Below, one piece after another: positions 42,164 to 51,327 of a DNA stretch of 64,000 bases. The notes under the pieces were generated by a model, which saw nothing but the letters and a program-made list of their open reading frames with translations, had not been told where the DNA came from and searched no databases. Numbering within the stretch: position 1 is the first letter of the stretch; the number at the start of each line of letters is the position of its first letter. Location: contig JAZKFH010000002.1 of the NCBI GenBank assembly GCA_040386535.1, forward strand, positions 64,001-128,000, written 5' to 3'. Origin of the DNA: Myxococcota bacterium (lineage in GTDB: Bacteria > Myxococcota_A > UBA796 > SXON01). Made by a program: the position numbers and the translations under genes.

Positions 42164-44640
42164 GAGGTCACCCCCCGCTCGCGGAGGAAGTTCGGATCAC
42201 ACATCACCTCGAAGGTCTCGGGCTTCTCCGCGCGGCGCCACGCGGCCTCGGGCGAGATGAGGCCCGCCTCGACGAGCTCCGCGAGCGCGACGTCGATCGT
42301 CTGCATGCCGACGCTCCGCCCGATCTGCATCATGCTGGGGATCTGGAAGGTCTTGTTGTCACGAATGAGGTTGCCGACCGGGAGCGTGCCCTTGAGCACC
42401 TCGTACACGGCCACACGCCCCTTGCCGTCCTTGCGGGGCAGGAGCGACTGGGAGAGCACGTACTTGAGCGACTCGGAGAGGCCCATGCGCACCTGCGGCT
42501 GCTCCTCGGGCGGGAAGCTCTTCACCATGCGGTCCACGGTGGCGACGGCGCTCGTGGTGTGTAGCGTGCCGATGACGAGGTGCCCTGTCTCCGCGGCGGT
42601 GAGCGCCAGGCGGATGGTCTCCGGGTCCCGCATCTCGCCGACCACGATGACGTCGGGATCCTCGCGCAGGGCGGCCCGGAGCGCGCGCGCGAAGCTGTTC
42701 GTGTGGGTGCCGACCTCGCGTTGGTTCACCAGCGCCGACTTGGCCGGGTGCACGAACTCGATGGGATCCTCCAGCGTGATGACGTGGTCGGCCTTTGTCT
42801 CGTTGATGAGGTTCACGATCGCGGCCAACGTGGTGCTCTTGCCGCTGCCCGCGGGCCCGCTCACGATGATCAGCCCCTGGTGGTAGTCGAGCAGCTCGGT
42901 GAGGCGCCCGGGCAGCCGCAGATCGGCGAACGTCGGCGGGAGGTTGGGGATGACACGAAAAGAGGCGCACCAGCCTCGGCGTTGATGGAAGGCGTTGACA
43001 CGGTAGCGCCCCACCTCGGGGATGGCATGACAGAAGTCGAGCTCGCCGGTGCTCTCCAACACCTTGGCCTGCTTCTCGGTGAGGAGGGAGAACAGGGCGT
43101 CGCGCGTGGTGTGCGCGGGGAGCGGGGCGATGCCGGACATCCGCTCCAGCTTGCCGCCGAGGCGCACGAACGGCGGTTCGTCGACGGTGAAGTGAAGGTC
43201 ACTCGCGCCTTGTTCGCGGATCTGGGCCAGGAGCTTGTCGATGGGCCGGACGAGCCGGGCGGACGAGACGGCGCTGGTGCCCTGCTCGGCGTCCCCGACC
43301 GTGATGTCGAGCCGCCCCTCCATGTCGCGGAGCACCTCGGAGGCGCGGGTGCGCACCTCGGACGAAGGATCCTTGTCCTTCACCGCTTCGAGGAGCGGCA
43401 GCAGGCGGGCCTCGGTGAAGCGCGAGAAGGCGCGGATGACCTCGATGCGCACCTCCGCGCGCGGGTCCCGGAGCATGCCCGCGAGCGGCTTGAGCGAGAG
43501 GTTGGAGCCGATCTGGGCGAGCCCGTCGATCGCGGCCCACCGGCAGTCCTCGTCTTCGAGCGCCTTGACGAGGTGGGGCACGGCGCGCTCGTCCTTCAGG
43601 CGCCCGAGCGTGTCGCACGCGGTGATGCGCAACCACCAGTCCGGGTCGGTCAGCAGCCGGCAGATCGGCTCGACCAGGCGCGGATCCTGGAAGTTCTCGG
43701 CGAGCACGAGCGCGGCCGTGCGCACCTCCTCGTCGGGGTGGCCGAGCAGGGCCACGGCGGGCGCGAGGATGGGATCGCCGAACGTGCGGAGGGTCTCCAG
43801 GATGCGCGTGCGGAGCCAGCCGACGAGGTTGCGGCAGAACAGCAGCACCTCCATCAGCACCTGCTCGGGCGGCCCCGAGGCGAGCAGCAGCTCGACGCAC
43901 ACGTGACGCGTGGCGTCATCTCCCGACCCGAGCAGGTCCATCATCCGCTTGCGGATCGGGGTGGGGTCCTTGGCCGCCGCCTCCGTGAGCCAGCGCCGGG
44001 AGAGCTCGCGGCTGGTGGCGTCGCCGTTCTGGAGGCGGTCGAGCACCAGATCGAGCACCCGCGGGTCCCGCACCGTGACGATGCCCTCGAGCGCGATCGT
44101 GGCGATGCGGGGCTCGTGATCCCGCGCGAGCCCAAGGAGCAGGTCGACCATGGACTCGGCGGGGCGGTCCTGCAGGATCCGTTGGAGTGCGGGGATCCGC
44201 ACGGCGAGCGGCGCGTCGCGGACGGCGCGCTCCAGGTACCGCGCCCGCAGCTCCCCGGAGACCGACAGGGCGACCTCCCACCCGAGCCGCTTTTTCTGTG
44301 TGGTCTTGTCGGCCAGCAGGCCGTCCACCACCTTGCCCATCACGTCGGAGGGCACCTTCGCGAAGAGCCGTGTCACGTAGCCGCGCACGTGTTGCGGCTG
44401 CTCGGTCATGCGATCGATCAGCTCGTTCACGGACGCCACGTCGGGTCTGGCAAGGAACGAGTCGACCCCTACCTGCCGCGCGGCGCTGTCCGCGTGCCAC
44501 AACAGCGGGATCGCCTCGGTGGCCCGGAGCCCCGACTCGCGGAGCTGCGCGAGCAGCTGATCCTTCTCCTCCGGGGTGCGCCAGCTCGACGTGACCGTCT
44601 TCTCGAGGATGCTCCGCTTTCCGGCGCCGAAGAATTGCAT
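42160..44640 (-). CDS. HEAT-repeat / PilT-family ATPase fusion
   Basis: aa 1 to ~465 form a helical/HEAT region (DEEVRTAAL, DWWLRITACDTLG, RAEVRIEVI, SSEVRTRA). From aa ~467 there is a complete PilT domain (ASDLHF, GPAGSGKSTT, EDPIE, GEMRD, GHLVIGTLH). Confidence 0.92.
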   Translation of the reverse strand: MQFFGAGKRSILEKTVTSSWRTPEEKDQLLAQLRESGLRATEAIPLLWHADSAARQVGVDSFLARPDVASVNELIDRMTEQPQHVRGYVTRLFAKVPSDVMGKVVDGLLADKTTQKKRLGWEVALSVSGELRARYLERAVRDAPLAVRIPALQRILQDRPAESMVDLLLGLARDHEPRIATIALEGIVTVRDPRVLDLVLDRLQNGDATSRELSRRWLTEAAAKDPTPIRKRMMDLLGSGDDATRHVCVELLLASGPPEQVLMEVLLFCRNLVGWLRTRILETLRTFGDPILAPAVALLGHPDEEVRTAALVLAENFQDPRLVEPICRLLTDPDWWLRITACDTLGRLKDERAVPHLVKALEDEDCRWAAIDGLAQIGSNLSLKPLAGMLRDPRAEVRIEVIRAFSRFTEARLLPLLEAVKDKDPSSEVRTRASEVLRDMEGRLDITVGDAEQGTSAVSSARLVRPIDKLLAQIREQGASDLHFTVDEPPFVRLGGKLERMSGIAPLPAHTTRDALFSLLTEKQAKVLESTGELDFCHAIPEVGRYRVNAFHQRRGWCASFRVIPNLPPTFADLRLPGRLTELLDYHQGLIIVSGPAGSGKSTTLAAIVNLINETKADHVITLEDPIEFVHPAKSALVNQREVGTHTNSFARALRAALREDPDVIVVGEMRDPETIRLALTAAETGHLVIGTLHTTSAVATVDRMVKSFPPEEQPQVRMGLSESLKYVLSQSLLPRKDGKGRVAVYEVLKGTLPVGNLIRDNKTFQIPSMMQIGRSVGMQTIDVALAELVEAGLISPEAAWRRAEKPETFEVMCDPNFLRERGVTS

Positions 44641-44707
44641 GCGCGAGTATAGGACGTGTGTGGGCCCCGGTTTTGGCGAGCCGCCGGAGACTCCGGCTTC
44701 TTCGTCG

Positions 44708-45382
44708 TTACTCTCCCGACTTACTTTCGAGCGCCGCGAGGGCGAGCGCGGCGGCGGCGAGCTGGGCCGCCTTCTTGCTGCTTCCGGTGCACGGGCCGTA
44801 CACCGCGCCGCTCACCGAGACCGTGACCCCGAAGGTCAACGCGTGATCCGGTCCCGAGCGCGCCACCTCGAGGTAGATCGGCGCCGGGAGCTGGCGCGCC
44901 TGGCACCACTCCTGGAGCTCCGACTTCGCGTCCCGCAAGGTGTCGGCGTGGAGCCCTTCCACCTTGGTAGTGATGAGCGGGGTGAGGGCGCGCCGCGCGC
45001 TCTCCAGGCCCCCGTCGACGTAGATGGCCGCCACGAGCGCCTCGAACGCGTCCGAGAGCACCTTGCTGCCGGGCTCGACGCCCAGGCCCAGGCGGCTGTC
45101 CGTGCGGAGGTTGCGATGCAGGTCGAGCTCGACCGCGAGCACAGCGCACTGACGACGGTCGACGAGGCGCGCCCGCGCCTTGGTCAGCCGGCCCTCGTCC
45201 CAGTCCGGGAACCGCGCGAGCAGGTGCTCGCTCACGATGAGCTGGAGGACGGCGTCCCCGAGGAACTCGAGGCGTTGGTTGCTCGCCTCGCCCGGGTGCT
45301 CGTTCGCGTAGGACGGGTGCGTGAGCGCCTGTTCGAGCAGCGCGGGATCGGAGAACTGGTGAAGCTCGCCAAAACCGGTCAT
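44708..45382 (-). CDS. rnc: Ribonuclease III
   Basis: ALTHPSY, NQRLEFLGDAVL, DAFEAL and a dsRBD (KSELQE...SKKAAQLAAA). Confidence 0.96.
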   Translation of the reverse strand: MTGFGELHQFSDPALLEQALTHPSYANEHPGEASNQRLEFLGDAVLQLIVSEHLLARFPDWDEGRLTKARARLVDRRQCAVLAVELDLHRNLRTDSRLGLGVEPGSKVLSDAFEALVAAIYVDGGLESARRALTPLITTKVEGLHADTLRDAKSELQEWCQARQLPAPIYLEVARSGPDHALTFGVTVSVSGAVYGPCTGSSKKAAQLAAAALALAALESKSGE

Positions 45383-46428
45383 GCCGCCGCCACGCCGGCG
45401 CGGCGGATGACGCCTCCGCCGAGCACCTCGTCCCCCGCGTACAAGACCACCGATTGCCCCGGCGCCACGGCCCGGGCGGGGGCCTGGAAGCGGAGGGACA
45501 ACGGATCGAGCGTCTCCACGGTGCACGGGATCAGCGCGCCCCGGTGCCGGATGCGCGCCGTGACCTCCTCGCCGGGTTCCGGCTGTCGCAGCCAGCTCAC
45601 GCCCGCCGCCGTGAGCCCCTGCTCGGTCAACCGATCGGCCGGCCCGACGACGACGCGCCGGGTGTCGGGCTCGATGCGCAGCACGTAGATCGGCGCGCCC
45701 GCGGCGACCCCGAGCCCGCGGCGCTGCCCCACGGTGTAGCGGAAGTACCCGTCGTGACGCCCGAGCACACGCCCGCCCTCGTCCACGATGTCGCCCGCGC
45801 CCTCCACCTCGGGGCGGGCCTCGCGGATGAAGCGCGCGTGGTCGTCGTCCGGGAGGAAACACACCTCCATCGATTCGGGCTTCTGCGCGGTCGCGAGGCC
45901 CAGCCGCTCGGCGTGCGCGCGCACCTCGGGCTTGGTCATCTCGCCGAGCGGGAAGCGGCTGCGCGCCAGCGCCTCGGGGCGCACGTTCCAGAGGAAGTAG
46001 GACTGGTCCTTCTCACGGTCGGCGGCCATGAAGAGGCGGCCGCCGTCGGTGCGCGCATAGTGGCCGGTCGCGAACGCCTCGGCGCCGAGGGCCCGCGCGC
46101 GGGCCAGGAGCACCTGGAACTTGAGCACGCCGTTGCACTGCACGCACGGGTTGGGCGTGAAGCCCTTGACGTAGGCGTCGGCGAGATCGTCCATCACCGC
46201 GGCCTTGAACGCGTCGCGCAGGTTCATCACGTAGAACGGGATGCCGAGCGTGTCGGTGACGCGACGGGCATCGAGCGCGTCGTCCAGGCCACAACAGTGC
46301 CCCGCGGCCCCCTCGACCGCGTCGTGCAGCTTCATGTGGACGCCGATGACCTCGTGCCCCTGCTCGTGCAGGAGCGCCGCGGCCACCGACGAGTCGACCC
46401 CACCGGACATCGCGACGACGATACGCAT
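45379..46428 (-). CDS. mnmA: tRNA 2-thiouridylase
   Basis: AMSGGVDSS, PNPCVQCN, ATGHYA, KDQSYFL, TVGQRRGL and PGQ. Confidence 0.97.
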   Translation of the reverse strand: MRIVVAMSGGVDSSVAAALLHEQGHEVIGVHMKLHDAVEGAAGHCCGLDDALDARRVTDTLGIPFYVMNLRDAFKAAVMDDLADAYVKGFTPNPCVQCNGVLKFQVLLARARALGAEAFATGHYARTDGGRLFMAADREKDQSYFLWNVRPEALARSRFPLGEMTKPEVRAHAERLGLATAQKPESMEVCFLPDDDHARFIREARPEVEGAGDIVDEGGRVLGRHDGYFRYTVGQRRGLGVAAGAPIYVLRIEPDTRRVVVGPADRLTEQGLTAAGVSWLRQPEPGEEVTARIRHRGALIPCTVETLDPLSLRFQAPARAVAPGQSVVLYAGDEVLGGGVIRRAGVAAA

Positions 46429-46470
46429 CCCGCGCGTCTAACCCACCCGGTGAACCCGGCGCGCCCCGCG

Positions 46471-46518
46471 GAGGCTCACGCCGAGACTCACTCCGAGACT
46501 CACGCCGGGACTCACTCG
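46471..46518. repeat. Four tandem 12-bp repeats spanning the cysteine desulfurase stop codon
   Basis: GAGGCTCACGCC GAGACTCACTCC GAGACTCACGCC GGGACTCACTCG. Confidence 0.85.
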
Positions 46519-47555
46519 GGGGGTGCCCGCATCCGCGCCAACACGCGCGCGAGGGCCGCCGCCGCGGCGTCGACATCCGCGTCGGACGTGTCCGCGTCGA
46601 GCGAGAAGCGCACCGCGCTCCCGGCGAAGCCCATGGCGCGCAGCACGTGGGAGGGCTCGGGGGAGCCCGACGCGCAGGCGCTGCCCGCGGAGGTGGCGAT
46701 GCCCTCGAGATCGAGCGCCATCACCAGGTCGGCGGCCTCCACGCCGTCGAACGCGACGCAGCAGGTGTTGGGGAGCCGGTCGGCGGCGACGCCCGCGACC
46801 CGCCCGCCCATGGCCACGAGGGCGCGCTCGAGGCGATCCCGCCGCGCCGGGCTCATCGCCTCGAACGTGGCCGCCGCCGCGGCGCCCATGCCGACCACGC
46901 CGGCCACGTTGTGCGTGCCCGCGCGGCGCCCGCGCTCCTGGGGCCCGCCGCGGAGGAGCGGCTCGGGGAAGAGCCCCGGACGCGCCAACAGGGCGCCGAC
47001 GCCCTGCGGGCCCCCGAACTTGTGGGCGGAGAGGGTCACGAGATCCGCGTCGATGCGCATCGGGATGCGGCCGGGGGCCTGGCTCGCGTCGACGTGGAGG
47101 AGCACCCCGGCGTTCCGGGCGAGCGCGGCCAATTCGACGATTGGGGCCACGACGCCGGTCTCGTTGTTGGCGAGCATCACGGACAGGCCCGAGTAGCCGT
47201 CGAGCGCGCCCGGGACGGCGAGCTGGTCGAGCCGCACCCGCCCGGACGCGTCGACCGCGAGGAGGCTGTCCGCCCACACCAACACCGACGGATGCTCGAC
47301 CGCGCTCACCATCCAACGCCCACGCGACAGGACGGTGGTGTTCGCCTCGGTGGCGCCGGACGTGAAGTACACCCCCTCCCGGTGCCACCCGGCGAGCGCG
47401 GCCACCTGCGCCCGCGCCCGGTCCACCGCCGCCGCCGCCGCCCGCCCGAGCGAGTGTTGGGAGAACGGGTTCGCCGCCGCGCCCAGCCACGGCACCATCG
47501 CTTCGAGCGCGACGAGCCGCAGCGGCGAGGTCGCGTTGTGGTCGAGGTAGATCAC
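46512..47555 (-). CDS. iscS: Cysteine desulfurase (IscS/NifS family)
   Basis: YLDHNATSP, FTSGATE, NNETG, SAHKFGGPQG and SAGSAC; upstream of mnmA. Confidence 0.9.
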   Translation of the reverse strand: MIYLDHNATSPLRLVALEAMVPWLGAAANPFSQHSLGRAAAAAVDRARAQVAALAGWHREGVYFTSGATEANTTVLSRGRWMVSAVEHPSVLVWADSLLAVDASGRVRLDQLAVPGALDGYSGLSVMLANNETGVVAPIVELAALARNAGVLLHVDASQAPGRIPMRIDADLVTLSAHKFGGPQGVGALLARPGLFPEPLLRGGPQERGRRAGTHNVAGVVGMGAAAAATFEAMSPARRDRLERALVAMGGRVAGVAADRLPNTCCVAFDGVEAADLVMALDLEGIATSAGSACASGSPEPSHVLRAMGFAGSAVRFSLDADTSDADVDAAAAALARVLARMRAPPE

Positions 47556-48049
47556 GGGGCGACGAGCGGCGCGAGCGCGCGTAGCTTGGCAGGCCCGATG
47601 CCCTTGACGCGGTCGAGGTCATCGAGGCTGCGGAAGGGGCGCCCCGCCACGATGCGCGCCGCGAGCGCAGGCCCGATGCCAGGGAGCCCTTCGAGGTCGG
47701 CCATCGTGGCGTGGTTGAGCGACAAGCGCCCGCCGAAGACCCGCGTGGCGACCGGCGCCAGGGGGTGTCGCGGCAGCGCCCACCCGCCCACGAGCCGCAC
47801 CACGTCGCCGTCCTCGATGGGCCCCGCCGCGAGGTACGCGGGCTCGCCGCCCGCCGCGCGCGCGGCCGCGCCCAGATCGTCGGCCTCGTACCAGCCCGGC
47901 GACGCGACCCCGACGAGCTGGACCACCCGCGCGTCGACCGGCGCGGCGCCGCCGAACAGCATGCCCGCGGTGAGCAGCAGCCCCACGAAGGCGGAGGCGC
48001 GGACCGCGCGATCCGGCGCGCGCGGCTCGACAGGCACGGCAGCGCTCAC
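47552..48049 (-). CDS. ComEA-like helix-hairpin-helix DNA-binding protein
   Basis: LNHATMADLEGLPGIGPALAARIV..RPFRSLDDLDRVKGIGP; N-terminal hydrophobic segment. Confidence 0.85.
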   Translation of the reverse strand: MSAAVPVEPRAPDRAVRASAFVGLLLTAGMLFGGAAPVDARVVQLVGVASPGWYEADDLGAAARAAGGEPAYLAAGPIEDGDVVRLVGGWALPRHPLAPVATRVFGGRLSLNHATMADLEGLPGIGPALAARIVAGRPFRSLDDLDRVKGIGPAKLRALAPLVAP

Positions 48050-48513
48050 GAGACGTCCGCGTCGGCGAACGCATCGAGCAAGACGACGTGTTTCGGCCCG
48101 GTCGCGACGGCCTCGATCACCCGGCCGCCCGGCGCGTGCGCGAGGCGGACCTCCAGGCGGTCGTCCGGCCAGAGGTCGGGGAACCGGTCGGACCACTCGA
48201 TCACCCATGCCCCATCGTAGCCGACACGCTCCTCGATCCCGAGCGCCACGGCTTCCTCGACCCTTACGAGCCGGTACAGGTCCGCGTGGCGCAGGGGAAC
48301 GCGCGCCTCGGGGTACTCCATCACCAGCACGAACGTGGGGCTCTGCACGGGCCCGACGACGCCGAGCCCGCGCGCGAGGCCCTGGGAGAAGCAGGTCTTC
48401 CCCGCGCCGAGATCTCCGGAGAGCAGCACGACCGCGCCCTCGAACAGGCGCGACGCGACTCGCGCGCCGAGCGCGGCGGTGGTCTCGGGGTCGGGAGACA
48501 GGAGGCGACGCAT
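48046..48513 (-). CDS. tsaE: tRNA threonylcarbamoyladenosine biosynthesis ATPase
   Basis: GDLGAGKT, SPTF, HADLYRL and IEW. Confidence 0.96.
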   Translation of the reverse strand: MRRLLSPDPETTAALGARVASRLFEGAVVLLSGDLGAGKTCFSQGLARGLGVVGPVQSPTFVLVMEYPEARVPLRHADLYRLVRVEEAVALGIEERVGYDGAWVIEWSDRFPDLWPDDRLEVRLAHAPGGRVIEAVATGPKHVVLLDAFADADVS

Positions 48514-48547
48514 GCGGGCCTTGAGATGCGCATGCGGACGCCCGACG

Positions 48548-49168
48548 TCAAGGGCTTCGTCGTCTTTCCTGACTCGCCGAAACGAGAGCAGGGTCGGCGA
48601 GGCTCCGGAACGTCAGGTTCACCCGGGTCCCGACCTCCGCGCGGGTCTTCGGGAGCGCGTGCTGCCACGCCGGCTGCGTCCCCTCCCCCATCACCAGCAC
48701 GCTCCCATGCCCGAGCACGATGGAGACGCGCTCCTCACCGGCACGCGAGCGCAGGTCGAAGCGCCGCTCCGCGCCGAGCGACACGGACACGATCGCGGCG
48801 GTCTCCCCGGGCGGGTAGTCGTCATCGCTGTGCCAGCTCATGCTGTCCGCGCCCGACCGGTAGAGGTTCACCAGCACGGTGTTGAAGTGGTGGCCGGTGG
48901 CGCGCTGCACCGCGTCCGCGATCGTCGTGATGCGCGGCGAGAAGGCGCGCGCCGGGTGGATGAGACCGGAGTAGCCGTACGCGACGGCGCCGTACCACGC
49001 GATGCGGCGCGGCATCGGCATCGTACGCCCGAAGATGCGGAACACGTGGTCCTCCCACGGCACCTCCTCCACCAGCCCCGCGAGGTGGGCGTCAGCGTCC
49101 GGGAGCGCGTCGGGCAGGTACACGAAGCCCGGTGGCAGCGTCGGCGCTCGCGGCGCGAACAGGCCCAC
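48548..49168 (-). CDS. AlkB-family (ALKBH2/3-like) 2OG-Fe(II) dioxygenase
   Basis: PRRIAWY, NLYRSG.DS..WHSD, WQHALPK and RVNLTFR. Confidence 0.9.
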   Translation of the reverse strand: MGLFAPRAPTLPPGFVYLPDALPDADAHLAGLVEEVPWEDHVFRIFGRTMPMPRRIAWYGAVAYGYSGLIHPARAFSPRITTIADAVQRATGHHFNTVLVNLYRSGADSMSWHSDDDYPPGETAAIVSVSLGAERRFDLRSRAGEERVSIVLGHGSVLVMGEGTQPAWQHALPKTRAEVGTRVNLTFRSLADPALVSASQERRRSP

Positions 49169-49169
49169 G

Positions 49170-50555
49170 TCAGCGCGCCCGCGGCAACGCGTCGGCGATG
49201 TCGGACGCCCCGATGCCCACCGGCCCCGCGAGCGCCCCCGCCCGTTGGTGCAGCCACGCGGCCTCGAGGGCCACGGCCTCGACGCCGTCGGCATCCTGGG
49301 GACGCAGGTGCGCGAGCAGCGCGCCACAGAGCCCCGCGAGGACATCGCCGCTGCCACCGGTCGCCAGCTGCGGGCGGCCCCCTTCGAGGACCCGCAACGG
49401 CGCGCCGGTCACGATGGGGCACGCGCCCTTGTAGATGGCGGGCGCCACGCGCCGGAGCCGCGCCGCGGTGTGGAGCCGGTCGGCCTCCAGATCCCGCCAC
49501 GGCAGCCCGAGGAGCCGCGCGGCCTCGCCGGCGTGCGGCGTGATGAGGCGGAGGTGGTCCGACGGGGTGCCGTCGAGCGCATTGAGGCCGTCCGCGTCGA
49601 ACACGCAGGGGATCGGGAGCTCGCGCCAGATACGACGCACGTCCTCGTCCGCCCCGCGCCCGAGGCCGGGCCCCACCACGAGCGCGTCGTACTTCTCCAG
49701 GCCGCCCCGCTCCCGCACCATCACCTCGGGCGGCAGGCCGCCGAGGCGGCTCCACGCGTCCTTCGGGATGAGCAGCGTCACGAGCCCGGCGCCCCCGCGC
49801 AACGCCCCACGCGCCGCGAGCACGGCCGCGCCCGCCATCTCCGGCGACCCGGCATAGACCCCGACGTGCCCGCGCGACCACTTGTTGTCGCCCGGCAGGA
49901 AGGGGGTGGGCGTGAGCGCGTCCACCAGGACGGCCTCGGGGGCCTCGCGCTCAGAGACCAGCTCGGAGCCGATGTCCACGAGATCCCAGGGGATGGGCTC
50001 GACGAACAGGAAGGGCTTCAAACGCCCGATGGTCACGACGTGATCGGCCCGTGGGAACGCGCCGACACGCGCGCCGGTGTCCGCGTCGATGCCGGTCGGC
50101 ACGTCGACCGCGACGAGCGGCGCGTCCAGGGGCGGGAGCCCGGGCACCTCGACCGGTGCGCGCTGGCCGGTGCCGAAGATCGCGTCCACGTACAGGTCGG
50201 CGGAGCCCGCCTCCCACGCGTCGTCCAGCCGCGCCACGAGCCCGAGACGCTCCGCGATCACGGCGTGGAGCACACACTCGGCCGACCGCGGCGGGAACAC
50301 CGCCACGACGCGCACGGCCACGCCCGCGATGGCGAGGTGGCGCGCGATCGCGTAGCCGTCGCCGCCGTTGTTGCCGGGCCCGGCCAGGATCATCACGCGC
50401 CGCGCGTCGGGGAAGCGGGCCCGCAGCACGTCGGCCACCGCGTGCGCGGCGTGGTCCATGAGGAGCGGGCTCGGGATGCCGACACGCTCGATCAATCGGC
50501 GATCGAGCTCACGGATCGCGGCGGCGCGGGAGATGGGGCGGGTGCGGGGAGTCAC
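49170..50555 (-). CDS. nnr: Bifunctional NAD(P)HX epimerase/dehydratase
   Basis: GPGNNGGDG, DAIFGTG, VDVPTG, GPGLG, DADGL, TPHAGE and TGGSGDVL. Confidence 0.95.
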   Translation of the reverse strand: MTPRTRPISRAAAIRELDRRLIERVGIPSPLLMDHAAHAVADVLRARFPDARRVMILAGPGNNGGDGYAIARHLAIAGVAVRVVAVFPPRSAECVLHAVIAERLGLVARLDDAWEAGSADLYVDAIFGTGQRAPVEVPGLPPLDAPLVAVDVPTGIDADTGARVGAFPRADHVVTIGRLKPFLFVEPIPWDLVDIGSELVSEREAPEAVLVDALTPTPFLPGDNKWSRGHVGVYAGSPEMAGAAVLAARGALRGGAGLVTLLIPKDAWSRLGGLPPEVMVRERGGLEKYDALVVGPGLGRGADEDVRRIWRELPIPCVFDADGLNALDGTPSDHLRLITPHAGEAARLLGLPWRDLEADRLHTAARLRRVAPAIYKGACPIVTGAPLRVLEGGRPQLATGGSGDVLAGLCGALLAHLRPQDADGVEAVALEAAWLHQRAGALAGPVGIGASDIADALPRAR

Positions 50556-50593
50556 GGGGCGAGGGTAACGCGAGCCCAGATCCCCGGACGCGC

Positions 50594-51304
50594 TCACCCC
50601 TTGCAGGCGGCCTTGTACCGCCGGACCGACTCGTCGAAACCGAGGAACAGGGCGTCCCCGACCAGGGCGTGGCCGATGTTGTACTCCTCGATGCCGGGCG
50701 CCGCCGCCACGAGCGCGCCGAGGTTGTGGAGGGTCAGGCCGTGGCCGGCGGCGACCTGGAGGCCAAGGGCCCGCGCCTGCTCGCACGCCTTGGCGAGGCG
50801 CGACAGCTCCTCGGGAGCGCCGGTCTCCGCGTAGGCGGCGGTGTTCAGCTCGATCATGTCGACGCCGGAGAGCTGGCGCGACCGGACGATCTGGCGTTCG
50901 TCGGGATCGATGAACAGGGCGACGCGGACGCCGAGGGCCGCGAGGCGCCCGGTGAAGTCCGCGACCTGGCCGAAGAACCGATCGACGTCCAGCCCACCCT
51001 CCGTCGTCACCTCGCCCGGCCGCTCCTCGACGAGCGTGACCCGACGGGGCCGCACCTGTTCGAGCACGGCGAACATGTCCTCGGTGCAGGCGGCCTCGAC
51101 GTTGAGGAAGGTCTGGACGGAGGCCTGGAGCCGGAACAGGTCGTGGTCCTGGATGTGGCGACGATCGCCGCGCAGGTGGACCGTGATCTGGTCGGCGCCC
51201 GCCCGCTCCGCGACCAGCGCGGCCGCCAGCGGATCCGGGTACTTCGCCCGCCGCGCCTGGCGGAGGGTGGCGACGTGGTCGATGTTCACACCGAGGCGGC
51301 TCAT
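50594..51304 (-). CDS. pdxJ: Pyridoxine 5'-phosphate synthase
   Basis: LGVNIDHVATLRQAR, DRRHI, TTEGG, AGHGL and NIGH. Confidence 0.97.
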   Translation of the reverse strand: MSRLGVNIDHVATLRQARRAKYPDPLAAALVAERAGADQITVHLRGDRRHIQDHDLFRLQASVQTFLNVEAACTEDMFAVLEQVRPRRVTLVEERPGEVTTEGGLDVDRFFGQVADFTGRLAALGVRVALFIDPDERQIVRSRQLSGVDMIELNTAAYAETGAPEELSRLAKACEQARALGLQVAAGHGLTLHNLGALVAAAPGIEEYNIGHALVGDALFLGFDESVRRYKAACKG

Positions 51305-51327
51305 GGGGGCTCCGAGGGCCGGCCAAC

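Noticed and set aside
46471..46518. Possible CRISPR array
   Set aside because: The units are 12 bp, contiguous and have no spacers; no cas genes are present.
47552..48049. Natural-competence locus linking the ComEA-like gene with the PilT pair
   Set aside because: No comEC, comF, dprA or pilin gene is in the window, and the HhH gene sits within a tRNA-modification gene run, so the linkage is unsupported.
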